Source of the DNA: Eimeria praecox
Taxonomy: Eukaryota
Direction: 5' to 3'
Length of the DNA stretch: 64,000 nucleotides
Assembly (NCBI GenBank): GCA_963920595.1
Contig: OY986950.1
Coordinates: 1,302,001 to 1,366,000 of the forward strand
Both the position numbers and the translations under genes were made by a program. Numbering within the stretch: position 1 is the stretch's first letter; every line of letters starts with the position of its first letter. The notes beneath the pieces were generated by a model. The model searched no databases. It saw only the letters and a list, made by a program, of their open reading frames with translations, and was not told the origin of the DNA. Positions 11,701 through 25,385 of this stretch are shown piece after piece.

Positions 11701-13364
11701 ACCCTCCATCCTCCCTCACCCTGGACGTGGACCCACTGACCCCTCAGCGATGGGCTGACGCGTACCCCCTCTGCCCCCACTTCAGTACGGCCTTTGCGGC
11801 CGCCAAGCAGCAAGACGGCGCTGAAGTCCCACACGAGCTGCAAGGCCGCCGTTATACCTTCCGGTTCCACCACCCCTATCTGCACATCTGCATTCACGGA
11901 CTTTGGCGAATATGCGTTCCCTCCTTGCCCGAGTTCCTCTCCCATCTCCTCTACCGCCACCACGACCATGTCACTGCGGGCCACCGTGGCCAGAAGAAGA
12001 CCTTTCTTTCCCTCAGTAAGCTTTATTACTGGCCTGGCATGCGTGCGTATACCACTGCCTACGTGGAGTCTTGCGTGCAGTGTCGCGCGTCTAAAGCCCT
12101 CTCCCAAAAGCCGGCCGGTCTCCTCCAACCCCTCCTAGTCCCCTCTCGCCGCTGGAGCCATGTTAGCCTTGACTTCATCACTGACCTCCCACCCACCCCC
12201 CGTGGCCACGACTCCATCCTTGTCCTCGTTGACTCCCTTAGTAAAATGGCCCATTTTATTCCAACCAAAAAGACAGTGTCGGCCGCGGAAACCGTTGAGC
12301 TCCTCGCCGACCGCCTAATCCGCTACCATGGATTCCCTGACGTTCTCATTTCGGACCGCGACCCTCGCTTTCAGTCTCTCGTATGGGAACAGCTTTGCCA
12401 CCGGTTCCATATCAAGCGCGCCATGTCTTCTGCATATCATCCGCAATCTGACGGGCAGACCGAGCGCGTCAATCGTACGTTGGAGCAAATGCTGCGCACT
12501 TATATTCAGTCCGACGAGCGCGAGTGGGAGCGCCTCCTGCCGGCGCTCGAGCTCGCTTACAATACCACAAGCCACTCGTCTACCGAACTTAGCCCCTTCG
12601 AGGTCATGATCGGTCAGAACCCTATCACTGCCGCTGACCTCGATGTTGTTGGAAACCTTGCTCCCACCCTCACCCCCCCCATGACTAAGCTATTCCAGCA
12701 GCTTTGCGATCGCGCTCGCGGCCACATTCTTCGTGCCAAGTGGCAACAGAAGCTCCACGCAGATACCCACCGCCGAGATGTCCAATATTCCCCTGGAGAC
12801 CTGGTATGGATCAGTAGCCGCCACCTTCCCCCTCTCAATCACTGTTCTAAGTTTGAACCACGCTTCCGCGGCCCCTTCCCCATCATTGACCGGGTTGGGA
12901 AGGTCGCCTATCGAGTCGCCCTACCCCCCACTTATACTTGTCATAACGTCTTCCACGTGTCACAGCTTGTGCCGGATCGCCCACGTGACCCACAGATGAC
13001 CTCCAAGGAGGCGGCCGTCGGTTGGCTTCCCCTCACTGACCCGGAAGGTCGCCCACCAGATGTCTATGAAGTTGATTATATCCTTGCCCAACGCGGCCTC
13101 GGCCCATCTACACAATACCTCGTTAAGTGGCGCGGCTATCCCGAAGACCAAGCGACCTGGGAGCCTGCTGCCCACCTCACTAACTGCCCCGCCCTCCTCC
13201 GAGCCTGGCATCGTCAGCTCCGCAAGACGCAGCGCTCTCACTCTACAGTTCCCTCCGCCGCCCCCCCTGACATTCCTCCTGTCCCCGAACAGCCCTCCCC
13301 TTCCTCGCCAGGGAGGGAAGTGGAGCGGCCTTCACCCGGCGGCCGCTCCAACAGTAATACATAA
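8655..13364 (+). CDS. pol: Pol polyprotein (aspartic protease, reverse transcriptase, RNase H, integrase, chromodomain), probably made by -1 frameshift from gag
   Basis: The frame is open from 8655 (after TAA 8652-8654) to 13364, with no ATG near its start. Motifs: LLDTGA (D at 9261), YLDD (10662-10673), YTDASG (D at 11115), DALSR (~11442), HHCC zinc finger (~11960-12083), catalytic D12171 / D12354-X35-E12462, RGPF (GPY/F) motif, chromodomain ~13065-13220. Confidence 0.96.
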   Translation, partial: TPTGHRERRSGNKPVKLSGLDVTGDERARQIKRTDGKLCLAATGPNAIPVSPDWRQKLLPKKKLTQQKEEVERTPSAAAGNFAPSWTGNERIGTDNSGKGDPAQERTREVSRQETSQQKAAERAADLHDNGGKGDPAQERTREVSRQETSQQKAAERAADLPWWHEGMVPELTHEYHGSLCGTGKTAVLQLEIVGQECEGLLDTGASRSFISPAAVERLGLRVRILPEACSFTVANGEVLHIDRFVPRLSMLCGGECFTGDFLVGPIPYDVILGIDWLVNHKVAWYFQSDKLRTYVNGRWCDLPVQRKELRPPADASTTTKPAKSTADLAYEALAQQVARMTAEEAATLLRPPPKRYKSRHRAGARVQIKDLLREARHNTANMGQALEGLHFIAVLPETKPDRVVHVPLERQGPLLCAIVEHYQASVCEPHAKSADAVVSERQDTEDSPWPTAKLSYTEFDSWSQSPAALRLPPQILTVLQQHRLVFPDSLPDGLPPKRPYDHRILLLPGKLPTKAPIYKMPPEQLAHHTKEIARLSAKGWIGPTYSPICAPTIMVDKHDDGSGERKMRMVVNYQALNALTIAPEFPMPTVHTILEMLGGATYFSTLDLEAGFHQIRMAKEDRWKTAFRSVQGLFEYKVMPFGLKGAPATFQATINAYLQPLLGHGVIAYLDDVLIYSPTLDTHTALLQQVLSIFLTHQFYPRLSKCKFAQEELTYLGYTIGAAGIKPSTDKVEAILLWPDVLTNETQVRQFLGTVNYCRMFMGPRFADTARPLVELTRKDTSFVWGPSHTAAVRQLKRLLAEYTTLQVPDPTRPYTLYTDASGYALGAVLEQDGKPVGFLSQVLSPAQQRYSIYDQELLALVTALDKWRHLLRAAKVTAYTDHQALTYLQRINTQKPLRGRTARWLDFLAEFPDLTISYLQGTRNTVADALSRHPQHALPTHTPPPLSSLTSASSSKTPPPARYRTRANPRDFRAEAGLRPSRSRRTATPSSPPAALTDHDSPPSGPPAPSRTPDPPSSLTLDVDPLTPQRWADAYPLCPHFSTAFAAAKQQDGAEVPHELQGRRYTFRFHHPYLHICIHGLWRICVPSLPEFLSHLLYRHHDHVTAGHRGQKKTFLSLSKLYYWPGMRAYTTAYVESCVQCRASKALSQKPAGLLQPLLVPSRRWSHVSLDFITDLPPTPRGHDSILVLVDSLSKMAHFIPTKKTVSAAETVELLADRLIRYHGFPDVLISDRDPRFQSLVWEQLCHRFHIKRAMSSAYHPQSDGQTERVNRTLEQMLRTYIQSDEREWERLLPALELAYNTTSHSSTELSPFEVMIGQNPITAADLDVVGNLAPTLTPPMTKLFQQLCDRARGHILRAKWQQKLHADTHRRDVQYSPGDLVWISSRHLPPLNHCSKFEPRFRGPFPIIDRVGKVAYRVALPPTYTCHNVFHVSQLVPDRPRDPQMTSKEAAVGWLPLTDPEGRPPDVYEVDYILAQRGLGPSTQYLVKWRGYPEDQATWEPAAHLTNCPALLRAWHRQLRKTQRSHSTVPSAAPPDIPPVPEQPSPSSPGREVERPSPGGRSNSNT
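8697..8742 (+). promoter_or_regulatory. Putative -1 ribosomal frameshift signal
   Basis: G_TCA_AAC in the gag frame (8697-8703), a 6-nt spacer, then hairpin GCCTAG-ACGTT / 10-nt loop / AACGT-g-CTAGGC (8710-8742). The heptamer lies within the 61-nt gag/pol overlap. Confidence 0.6.
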
Positions 13365-13475
13365 CCTATATAGACAGAAGAGGAAGTCCTGAAAGCAAGA
13401 CTGAGATAAGAGAAAAACGAAAGCAAAGTCCAACAGCAATACATAACCTATATAGACAGAAGAGGAAGTCCTGAA

Positions 13476-13531
<56 letters not shown>

Positions 13532-13584
13532 GAGGAAGCAAAGACCAACAGTAATACACAACCTATATCGACATGAGAGGAAGT
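13347..13584 (+). repeat. Three ~82-bp tandem units in the element's 3' UTR, with an internal A48 tract (13479-13526)
   Basis: CCAACAG(T/C)AATACA(T/C)AACCTATAT..AGAGGAAGT recurs at ~13348, ~13430 and ~13545. Confidence 0.9.
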
Positions 13585-13609
13585 AAGTTACGGAGGAAAG
13601 TTTTCATCC

Positions 13610-13619
13610 AAGGGGGAAG
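13610..13619 (+). promoter_or_regulatory. Polypurine tract
   Basis: AAGGGGGAAG ends 1 nt before the 3' LTR. Confidence 0.85.
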
Positions 13620-13620
13620 T

Positions 13621-14015
13621 TGTAGTGCCTGGCACTACAATACCCCGGATTTAAGCTCCTAATTCGGCAAGAAAGAATTTTGTGAGAAGAAAACGAAAGG
13701 TCAATTAAGGTTTGCTAGTTGACTCGAAGCAGTCAACTGGCGGGGGGCTAGCTAGCTGGGGGACCTGGGGCTGGCAGCCGCTCCCGCAGCGGCGCAGCCA
13801 TCCCCCCGCCCTGCACGAGCACTGCGGTGCTCGATGTGGGGACACTGTAAAACGTTAGAATAATTTAGAATATAAAAAGTAGTTTAACGGCCTTTTAGGT
13901 TTTCTTTTTAGAAACTCTAATTATTCAAAAAGTAGGAGCATGAATTGACCTGGTTCTAGTTTGCGACGCCAGCACCAGAGGTAGATTATGTAGCCTGAAG
14001 AGACGCGGCGCTACA
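13621..14015 (+). repeat. 3' LTR
   Basis: Direct repeat of 7051-7445, followed by the TSD TTCAA. Confidence 0.97.
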
Positions 14016-14020
14016 TTCAA

Positions 14021-17000
14021 CCTTCCGTGAGACTACCGTATTTCGGTGTATACCAGTGAGGCCGAAGAAGATCGACTCAACCAAGGCACTGCTTTATGAA
14101 AAACACGATTTTCCACGAGGGAGGAAATCATGATACTTTCATGAACTTTTCTGAGTGCAGAGACGCATAAAGTGCTGATACTTTCGTTTTTACCGTCTTC
14201 CCGCGCACGGCTCGCGGCGGTTATGTTACTGCCGACATGTTGCCAAGATTTAAACTTCCGCCAGAACGTGCTAACGAACTTCGGGTCCTGACAGTAAATG
14301 AAAACCTTTGCCTTCACACATGGTGAGTGAACCGTTGGGCCAGGCCTTGTGTTTGACCGAACGCAAATAGAGAATAAAATGGGCAAGTCTGAGCTCAGTT
14401 CAGGAGCCAATGAGAAGTCCGTCCAGATATTTTTTAAAAATCGGAAGACTCTGTAAGGGTCCAGGCTTGAGAGTGTTCGCGTCTTGAGCAGCTGACATTT
14501 TAAAGATGCAAGGGCGCATTCCTTGGCAGAGGCACATGAAGACGTTACTGCCGTCTCCTGCTGCCTCTTTGGAATCCCCCATGTTTGCTGATGCTCGTAC
14601 TGCAAACTTTCTCGAGTCTCCTGCGGCAGCCTTCAACTGGCGGGCCACTGTGGCACCATCTTCTACTGTGCTGCGGATCATAGCTATGCGAGAGAGTAAG
14701 AGCAGCTCTATTTATTTAGGCTGCTGCTGCCTTTGCTCACCCTGATCCTGAGGAATCTCTGTTTTCGTCCGCTGCAGGTGTTGCTGCACCGTTTCTCTCA
14801 TCCAATTCGTTTGCCTCCGCTGTCCCCTGATGTTTCAACTGCTGGCCCACCGCGCCTGCAGCAGCCCACTAGGTTGCCAGAGGACCTGGTCACCAGTTCC
14901 ACTGTCAAGGGGTAAGAATAACAGACCTTAGAATGGAGGCGGAGACTACTGGAGAAGCACGCGGTTGTAGAACAGCTTGCCTGACAGTTAAAGTGTCGGG
15001 AGAGAGCCTCAGAGGCCATGCTGGTGATACGCCAGACATACGTCACTGTGAAATCCTCCTGCGTTGGCATAGGGTGCCACCGAGGCTCTCCTATATTGTC
15101 GAAGACTCGAACACCCTTTTCAGTCGTTTCAGGGATCGAGTATTGGCTTGAGAAGAATGCCAGCTTGGCGGGTGCCGTGTAAAAAATCTCGATACTTTAA
15201 AACCCTTTATCAGACGCGTTTGGGTTCCCTACCACCTAGTCTGATACTTCTGGTGTATTTCAGTAAAAGAGGGCAAGTAGAATGTGCATACTTGGTGTAT
15301 TTTTCAAGCCGCTGGTTTGCCGCCAGACCATCACCGCAACCTTTGTCTCACGAGCGTCGGCTGTTGGGAGGAAGGGTTTGTCTAAACCAGGGGGGCGCGA
15401 ATACGTGGGGCGATGCCAGATCTCATGTGAAGCTTTTTGTAACCTTTTCTTGACTCGTCCCTCCAATTATACTGCGTTATCCTTCTTTACTTTGATCCTC
15501 TTGATGGAAGGTGATGCGAAGCATTCAGGTATGGTAGTATGACGCGATAGGCAGGCGCTTTTGAACGCTCGTGCACGGCAGTAGTGTACAGGGATAGCGC
15601 CAACCTCCGAAGGCCTTCTATCTTCGCCGAATCTAGTTCAAACCCAAACACAGAGGTACGAAACCCCGAAAGCTAAAACGTTTGTGGAGAATGGCTCATT
15701 CGTACTTTAACGAGCCAATGGTGTTCACGCAGTTGTTGAAGACCGCTTCGCAGGTGCCGTGAGTGCTTCTGGGCACTCCAGCATAACACAAGCACGGCTC
15801 ACTTGCCTACACCCATCCATTAAGCACTGCTTGGTCCCGTACTCGACGTGCCTCTGCAGTGCCAACGTTGCATTCTGGAGCCCAAAGGGCATAGAGATGC
15901 ATCGTAGTTTGCGAGTGCGGGTATGGTACAAGATCATATGCTTGCCATGGGGCCGTGGGGATGTATTGGAATAAGTGAAAGGGCAGCGGCGAAGCTAAAG
16001 CATGAATATAGTGCATACCCCTACAAGTGGTCAAGTAGTTCGTCCGTACGGGATACCAGGAACTTTTGCTCAGCTGCACTTGTATTTAGGGGTTTGAAGC
16101 CGACGCGCATGCACCGCCTGCCATCCTTTTTCTCTGCTAACACTGAATTACGTCCATAAGAGATGGTCGATGACTGAGCCTTATCTTTTCTTAGCATCTG
16201 GTCTGCATGCCACACGAGTTTGTCTTCAAGATTTAGAAGCTCCCTGTGCATCATAATCTCATACTTGAGCTCGTTCGATGCCCCATATTGGGCGTCCTGA
16301 GAGCAGCCGACCCGGTAGAAGTGCCTTGCTGTTCAATATGTATCAAAACTCTGTTGTTAAACGTCGATCACTTCTGGGGTTCGCCGAATGCTAACTGGAT
16401 CCCAGTTGTCCGGGTCTATCCTAGACTGTAGTCTAGGCTAGGCCCGGACAAAGCGCATGAATTCCTCCGTTGTTTCCGGAAGAGACTCTACGCTGTTGTG
16501 CAACCTTCTCGCTTGTTCCTTCTTGGGACACAGATTCCTTTTCTCCTAGCGTATAGAATACAAATGCTGGTGAGATCCTTCCGGAACAAGTGGGAATTGC
16601 GAAAACGCACCATTTGAGGGAAATGACGAAAGCGCTGCTAAGCCCTGCTGGTAATGGAGTAGTTTTACGGATCTGAGCTGAAGGCGCTCCACCTTGATTT
16701 TGTTAAAGGGATTGAATTCACTGCGCATGCGTTACCTTGCTCCCTTTTCCTTCGCAGGCCCCAGGTGGCCCCCCACGCTTTAGCGGGTCGTTCAGTTTTG
16801 CCCGTTATTAGCAGTTCGTTTGCCTGCCGCTCGATTTTCCCTTTAAAACGCTGGGGACACCTGCACCTCGGGACAAAACTATGGACTACGCCAGGATTGA
16901 GTTTGATGTGACGCACCATGCTTCTAGCAGGTGGCCGGCACCGTCGAAGCCCTTTGCTATTTTGCGCATCTAGGTACAGTACTTTCAACTGGGCATACCT

Positions 17001-17470
17001 GTGCTTCTTCTGTGGTTAACTGGACAGAATATCCCACAATCAAAGAAGGGCATGCGGGGTAAATTCTTGAGTGCACCGCGTTAAGTGCACCCGCCAATTC
17101 AAGCTACTCGCATGTGTATGCATGTCTGTGTGTGCCCTAAGTTCCTAATGCAGTGGTATAAGGCTACTTTATCAGGCAAGGCGCTGCTACACCATGAATC
17201 AAACTCTTTGATGAAGCGGGGGAAGGTCTCTTGATCAGGAATAATGTTTCCAGTGGCGTGAAACTACAGTTTTGTAATGGGCAAAGGGGGGGTCCCATTC
17301 CTGGTAGAATATTTCACATTGAGAAGCCGCGCATTACTGCCAGCAAAAGCTACTCTATGAGCATTGGGGATATAAGAGAGGAAACAGATGGTAATAGCAC
17401 CCTCGGTGGGAATCACTTTGAAATGGTTTAGGCATGCATGCCAGTTGCTGCTTGTTGTGTATTCCTCCAC
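14021..17470 (-). pseudogene. Decayed Ty3/gypsy element (gag?, PR?, RT, RNase H, integrase remnants), 5' part
   Basis: Broken minus-strand frames in correct order. RT: SVLAEKKDGRRCMRVGFKPLN...SRTDELLDHL (16021-16254) and MPFGLQNATLALQRH (15725-15937). RH: PGLDKPFLPTADARETKVAVMVWRQ (15260-15466). IN: IWTDF...QDPKFVSTFW...AREDGKNE (14033-14605). Weaker gag-like (17264-17470) and protease-like (KLNPGVVHSFVP, ~16900) traces. Confidence 0.8.
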
Positions 17471-17723
17471 CTGTAAATTATAAGGATTCCCCTTTCCAGG
17501 TAAACGCGATCCGCCTCACAGCGTAGCTCGGCTGAAGAGCAAATATGCGGAAAAAGAATAAAGATGCCAAAATAAAGCAGGCAGCGGCAGGATAGTTCTC
17601 ATATATTCAAACTGTTCCTGGCTGAAGCCTGAATCCCTGCAGCGAAAGCTGCTAGCAGAAAACCAGTTCTCACGCCACAAAGGGCGGAGTCGTAGCGCCC
17701 ACCCATCAGCGGCAAGAGACTCG

Positions 17724-18704
17724 CTAGAAAGTTTCATCTCCCACTTCCTTTATCGCCAGCAGGAGATAAACCTCCCCGACGATGAAACAAAGTGCCAACA
17801 TACCCCAGAGAGAGCCGCAGAGCCGGCTACTGCAATGCGTTATGGATGCACACTTGTACGCATCGCTGTCCGGCTCTTTTCTCCGTATTGTATCATCCAA
17901 GATGTCAAGGACGCTGTAAACGCTGTTCATGGCTCCGATTGCCAGCATGGCCACTCGCAACGGCCAGACTGTCCGGTATATTTCCGTGAAAACCCACACA
18001 ACGATTATTTCAACAATAAAAACAACACATACTATGCCCACTGTCCAGTTCCTAGCGAAGAATAACAAGACAATGAGCATCATGAAGCACAGGAGACCAG
18101 CTCCAACTCGCAGAGTCCAAATGTTGATACTCGCGAGAAGCGTGAATACCAACCCCCAAACACAGCTGCCAAGGTATCCAGCAGGCAGGATGATCCACCG
18201 AATCCCTCCTACAGTGCGCGTGACTCCCCCCTCATTCGTGTGGACTTCTGCATGCAAGCAAACAAAGGATGAAGCAAAACAAGGCTATACCACAGAGAAA
18301 GCGTTCGGCTTCCCCAATTCGTGCACTAACGCCTTTCATTTGACTACTTCGTGCAGGTCATTGAGTTTCTGCAGGTTGATTGCACTGCTGGTGCCCCCCA
18401 ACAGCTAATGAGGAGAGTAGCTAAGACCACAGTTGTAGATATCTGGCTTTAGGCGATGGGATCACGAAAAATCAGGTGGCTCACCGATTCCCTTTACTTT
18501 GCCCCCTGTAATCCATGCAGCAGAGGCATGGGAAAATTCGTGGAGGAAGGTTGTGAGCAATTTAAACTGCAGCAAAATGTGCTTGCCACAAATCCTACAA
18601 TGCCATAGTGCTAAAGCCACAATTGCCCAGCCAGCAATCACCGACAAGGTTATCCACTGGCCCCGAGAGCAGCATGATTGAAGGGTCCAGTCAACTGCCT
18701 GCAT
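17724..18704 (-). CDS. Peptidase M50B-like membrane zinc metalloprotease, 2 exons (18704-18485, 18247-17724), 247 aa
   Basis: FLHEFSH (HExxH) followed by TGGKVKGI|EVHTNEGGVTRTVGGIRWIILPAGYLGS, several TM segments and an SDA motif. The GT-AG intron keeps the frame (744 nt total). Confidence 0.88.
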
Positions 18705-19841
18705 CTCGTTAGAACCTCCTGATATGTACACGAAGCGGGCTTAGATACGAAGTGGCAAACCTGTGCACCCACAGCCTGGCTTTCCGTGGTGAGACCTCAC
18801 AGCTAGGAGCTAGCTAGGACATCGACTAAACTGGGGAGCGGAAGCTTCTGGGGGGTAAAATGCACTCCATTTCCAGTCGTACCGTTAGCCCTGAAGAACT
18901 GCCTTTCTAGAATTTTTGAAAGCAACTGATCATTCACGTTACTCGACACCCTGGCTTTGCTCACTGTCCTGTCTCGCCTGTCCTGCACCGAACACCCCAG
19001 TCGCACCTATATGAGCGTCCTGCACCCTACTGCGCCGCCTATCACTTGTCACCACGATACACGAACGCATCTCTTATCCCAACCATGTGACGGTGATCGA
19101 ACGCAGGCGCTGATGCTTGCGATTTTACAGTCGAGCAGCTACGCTAGAGCACAATATGCATGGCAGTCCTCACTGCAAATATGATCAAGGGGGGCAAACT
19201 GTACTCAGTTCCGCTGCTCGAGTAGACACCCTCTGACTACAACTTCCCCAACGAATACCTCAAGCAACCGACCAACCAGGAACACGCACAGATAGCCTAC
19301 CGGCACACTCCACGGTTGGGTGTATGTTACTCTTACACAATTCTGACAATTCTAACTATTTTATTACCTTAGTATTCACTCAGCCAATATATAAATGCCT
19401 CAAATCCAATACTAAATCTCGTGGGGTGAGCTAAACACCCTATGTTGAATGCGACGCCATTGCCAATGGTGAGGCGCACCGAATGCAGACAAAGCAAGCT
19501 TCAAGATCTCCCCTCCCCCCCCCCCCCTCCCAATTAATATTATTGATAATTAGTCCAACACACAACACCATACAACATTTTTACGAGTAGTATCCGCAGG
19601 ATAGCTTGACAAGACACAGAGTGGGCTGCGGGTGTGAAAGCGCCTACGTACTGCAATTGTTTATATGCAACGCGTCATCCAAGTGCGAATAGTGGAGAAG
19701 TAAAATTTGCTGCTTATATTATAATTGTAGTTATAATCTGTTGAACAAATGTTGAAACTTGAAATGAGAGGGAGAGGAATATTCTTCTCTGGTATTGCCT
19801 GTGCTACTATAACTTGCAACATTCACTCAACATCAGCACAG

Positions 19842-20903
19842 TGCATGCATGTACAACAAAAGATATAAAACAAATACAGTAAACAATTTCTTAAGATATT
19901 TCACAAATATTCGTGTAATTTGGGATAGAAAACAAAGCTAAGACGTGGGGAGTTGAAGGCAATATCTCTTATTATACCCCCGTGCTCAGGAGTTGCATAG
20001 GGTACGTAAACTACTATCAACATCAAAGATAACGGGCGATCTGTGGAAATTGATGGTATATATTTTAAAAAGATTTAATATTTTGTTAGTATTTAAGTTT
20101 AGAAGAAGCTGAAAGCCATCGTTTGATGATGTCAGTGGACAGGCTAAGGGTTGCAGGCAAGGGGGGGGGGGGCGGGGGGGGAGGCGTAAACTCAGCTTGA
20201 TTATGCTGCAGCATCAAGAAAAACAATTTAATTTAATATTTAATATTAAAAAGGTTTATTTTAATTTTTTGGGGACAAGTTTGCTTCATTTAATAATATA
20301 ATAATGCTTTAGAGAGTACTTAAGGGGAATTCAGCACATGTTTCTCTTTTTCGTGGTGTCTCGATTACGTACAACTTCATGAAAGATAACGAAATTATAG
20401 AAAAATTTTGATATTATTATTTAAATATACAAATTTAAATTTAAAATATTTTATTTATTATCTTTGGTTGATTTTACTATAAACCTGCTGAAGATGTTTC
20501 TAAGGGGTTTGAAGGGTGATAGTGGTGTTTTCTGCTAGTCTTAAGGTTTTTAATTATATTTAAGACTTAGTTTAAACAAATAATAATATAATAATTTTAT
20601 ATTTAATAAATAAATTTATTATTTGATGAATAGACACTCCTTATGAGCTTGTCTAAGGCGCAAGCGAGGACAGCAGAGTACAATAGCAACTAGAAGAAAG
20701 AGTCTGTTCTTTAATAAGTAGAAAAATAAAATATAATTAAATATAATTAAATCTATTTCGTAAATATAAAAGATAGGATGTCCATACACCACAGAATATC
20801 TAATAAAATAATCTGTGCATGCATGCAATCTGAATATCCTTGTTTGTTTCTTTTTCTGCTTTCTTTATTCTTAATACTTCTGACGATATATATATATATA
20901 TAC

Positions 20904-20938
<35 letters not shown>

Positions 20939-20950
20939 TGTTTGCATGCA
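19842..20950. promoter_or_regulatory. Cluster of TGCATGCA palindromes (19842, 20816-20827 double, 20943)
   Basis: Exact octamers seen in intergenic DNA; single copies also at 5791, 18249, 28046, 43652 and 61600. TGCATGCA is a known over-represented apicomplexan motif bound by ApiAP2 domains; function here is untested. Confidence 0.4.
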
Positions 20951-21075
20951 TCTTGATGATATGTTAGTTCCTTGCCTCTTCTGCGGTTTTATTCTTTCTT
21001 CTTTTTATTTATTCAACTTCGTTTTTGTGTGTATACTTATATCAACAGCACCAACAAGCTTGGAGGCTTAGAGAG

Positions 21076-21123
<48 letters not shown>

Positions 21124-21282
21124 TAGTCCCTATCTGTCTGCCCGTATAAGAGAGAAGACCTGTTAAGATTAGTACGATGCTGCAAATCCCTCAAGAGAAG
21201 AAAAAGATATAATCCCCTAAGCTATCCTTGTTTAATAAATGTCTTCCTTGTTTTCGTATTATGTTTTAGATTGAATACAGTA

Positions 21283-21313
<31 letters not shown>

Positions 21314-21818
21314 TTTAAATAAATAAAATGAGGAGAATAAGTTAAGAAAGCTATTTCTAATATATCAAACTAACCACATTATTAATATTACTAATTAAAC
21401 CCGCAGCTTCACGCTACAACAGTCTCTTAAGGGGGGCCCCCAGGCTTCAGAGCAAGAGAGTGAGGGGCCCCCCCTTCACTTCTGATTGTAAGAGACACCT
21501 CTGCTGTAGAGACACTGTCTGTTGCTGTTTGTTAGGACGCTATATCCTGTCTCTTCTGTTTCTATTTTATTTAAATCTAAAAGCCCTTAATTAAATTGTT
21601 TGATGAGGAGAATAAAACAAAGAAGAGGGGGGAGGGGGGGGGGGGGGTTGTATAGGCCCTCCTCTCTTCAATCAGGTGTATGTACACCTGCTATTTAAAA
21701 ACAAACACGTCTATGGAGACGCAAGAAAGAAAGAAAGAAAACAACATAAAGACACATCATACAAACAACAAACAACAGCAGCGTCATATATATATATACA
21801 TATATATATATACATATA

Positions 21819-21873
<55 letters not shown>

Positions 21874-22250
21874 AGGGGCTCTATTACTTAGCCCCTTCAG
21901 GTGTATATACACCTCAGACATAAACAAAACATAGACAAAGGAGACAGACAAAATCAACCCCTACTGCATATACGCTGCTAAGCGGATGCTTACGCTGCCT
22001 CAGGTATATCTACAGACACAGGCACAGACACAAATATAAACACAAACACAAACACAAACATAATAAATATACATAAATATAATACAAAGCCCGCATGCAT
22101 ACAACACCAGCAGCAGACAACACGCCAAACACATACGCTGCAGAAGCGTAGCAGAAAAAGAAGAGACAACAGAAGCAGCAGCAGCAGCAGCAGCAGCTCG
22201 GTGTCTAGACACTGCAGACGGACAGGGCAGAGACCCTCTAGATCTATACT

Positions 22251-25034
<2,784 letters not shown>

Positions 25035-25341
25035 TGAATACAGCAACTAAAAAATATATAAATATAAATATAAATATATAAATATATATATGTTTATATT
25101 CAGGTGTATAGACACATACCTTGTTTTGATGCTGCTGCTGCAGCAGCAGCAGCAGCAGCAGCAGCAACTGTCGTCGCAGCACAACACAGGATGAGGTAGG
25201 AGGAGAGCCACGGAAAGGCTTATGAGAGGAAGCCCTCCTAAACCCTAAACCCTAAACCCTAAACCCTAAACCCTAAACCATTTCGCGCTCGGGGCGAACC
25301 CAGGCGGGGGAGCTGCGGGATATATGAGGATATACGCCTCT

Positions 25342-25385
<44 letters not shown>

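Larger units (their letters stand above)
7051..14015 (+). mobile_element. Intact full-length Ty3/gypsy (chromovirus-type) LTR retrotransposon
   Basis: Two 395-bp direct LTRs (TGTAG...CTACA), 5-bp TSD TTCAA at 7046-7050 and 14016-14020, PBS, PPT, and uninterrupted gag and pol ORFs in PR-RT-RH-IN-chromodomain order. Confidence 0.98.

Noticed and set aside
8737..13241. Antisense and alternate-frame ORFs inside pol (e.g. 8737-9276, 9775-10281, 11688-12128)
   Set aside because: Expected shadows of a GC-rich coding sequence, with no recognisable motifs.
13365..13609. env-like third ORF or a LINE/retrogene poly(A) end
   Set aside because: The region is only ~250 bp of tandem repeats. The A-tract has no TSD of its own and lies inside the LTR-bounded element.
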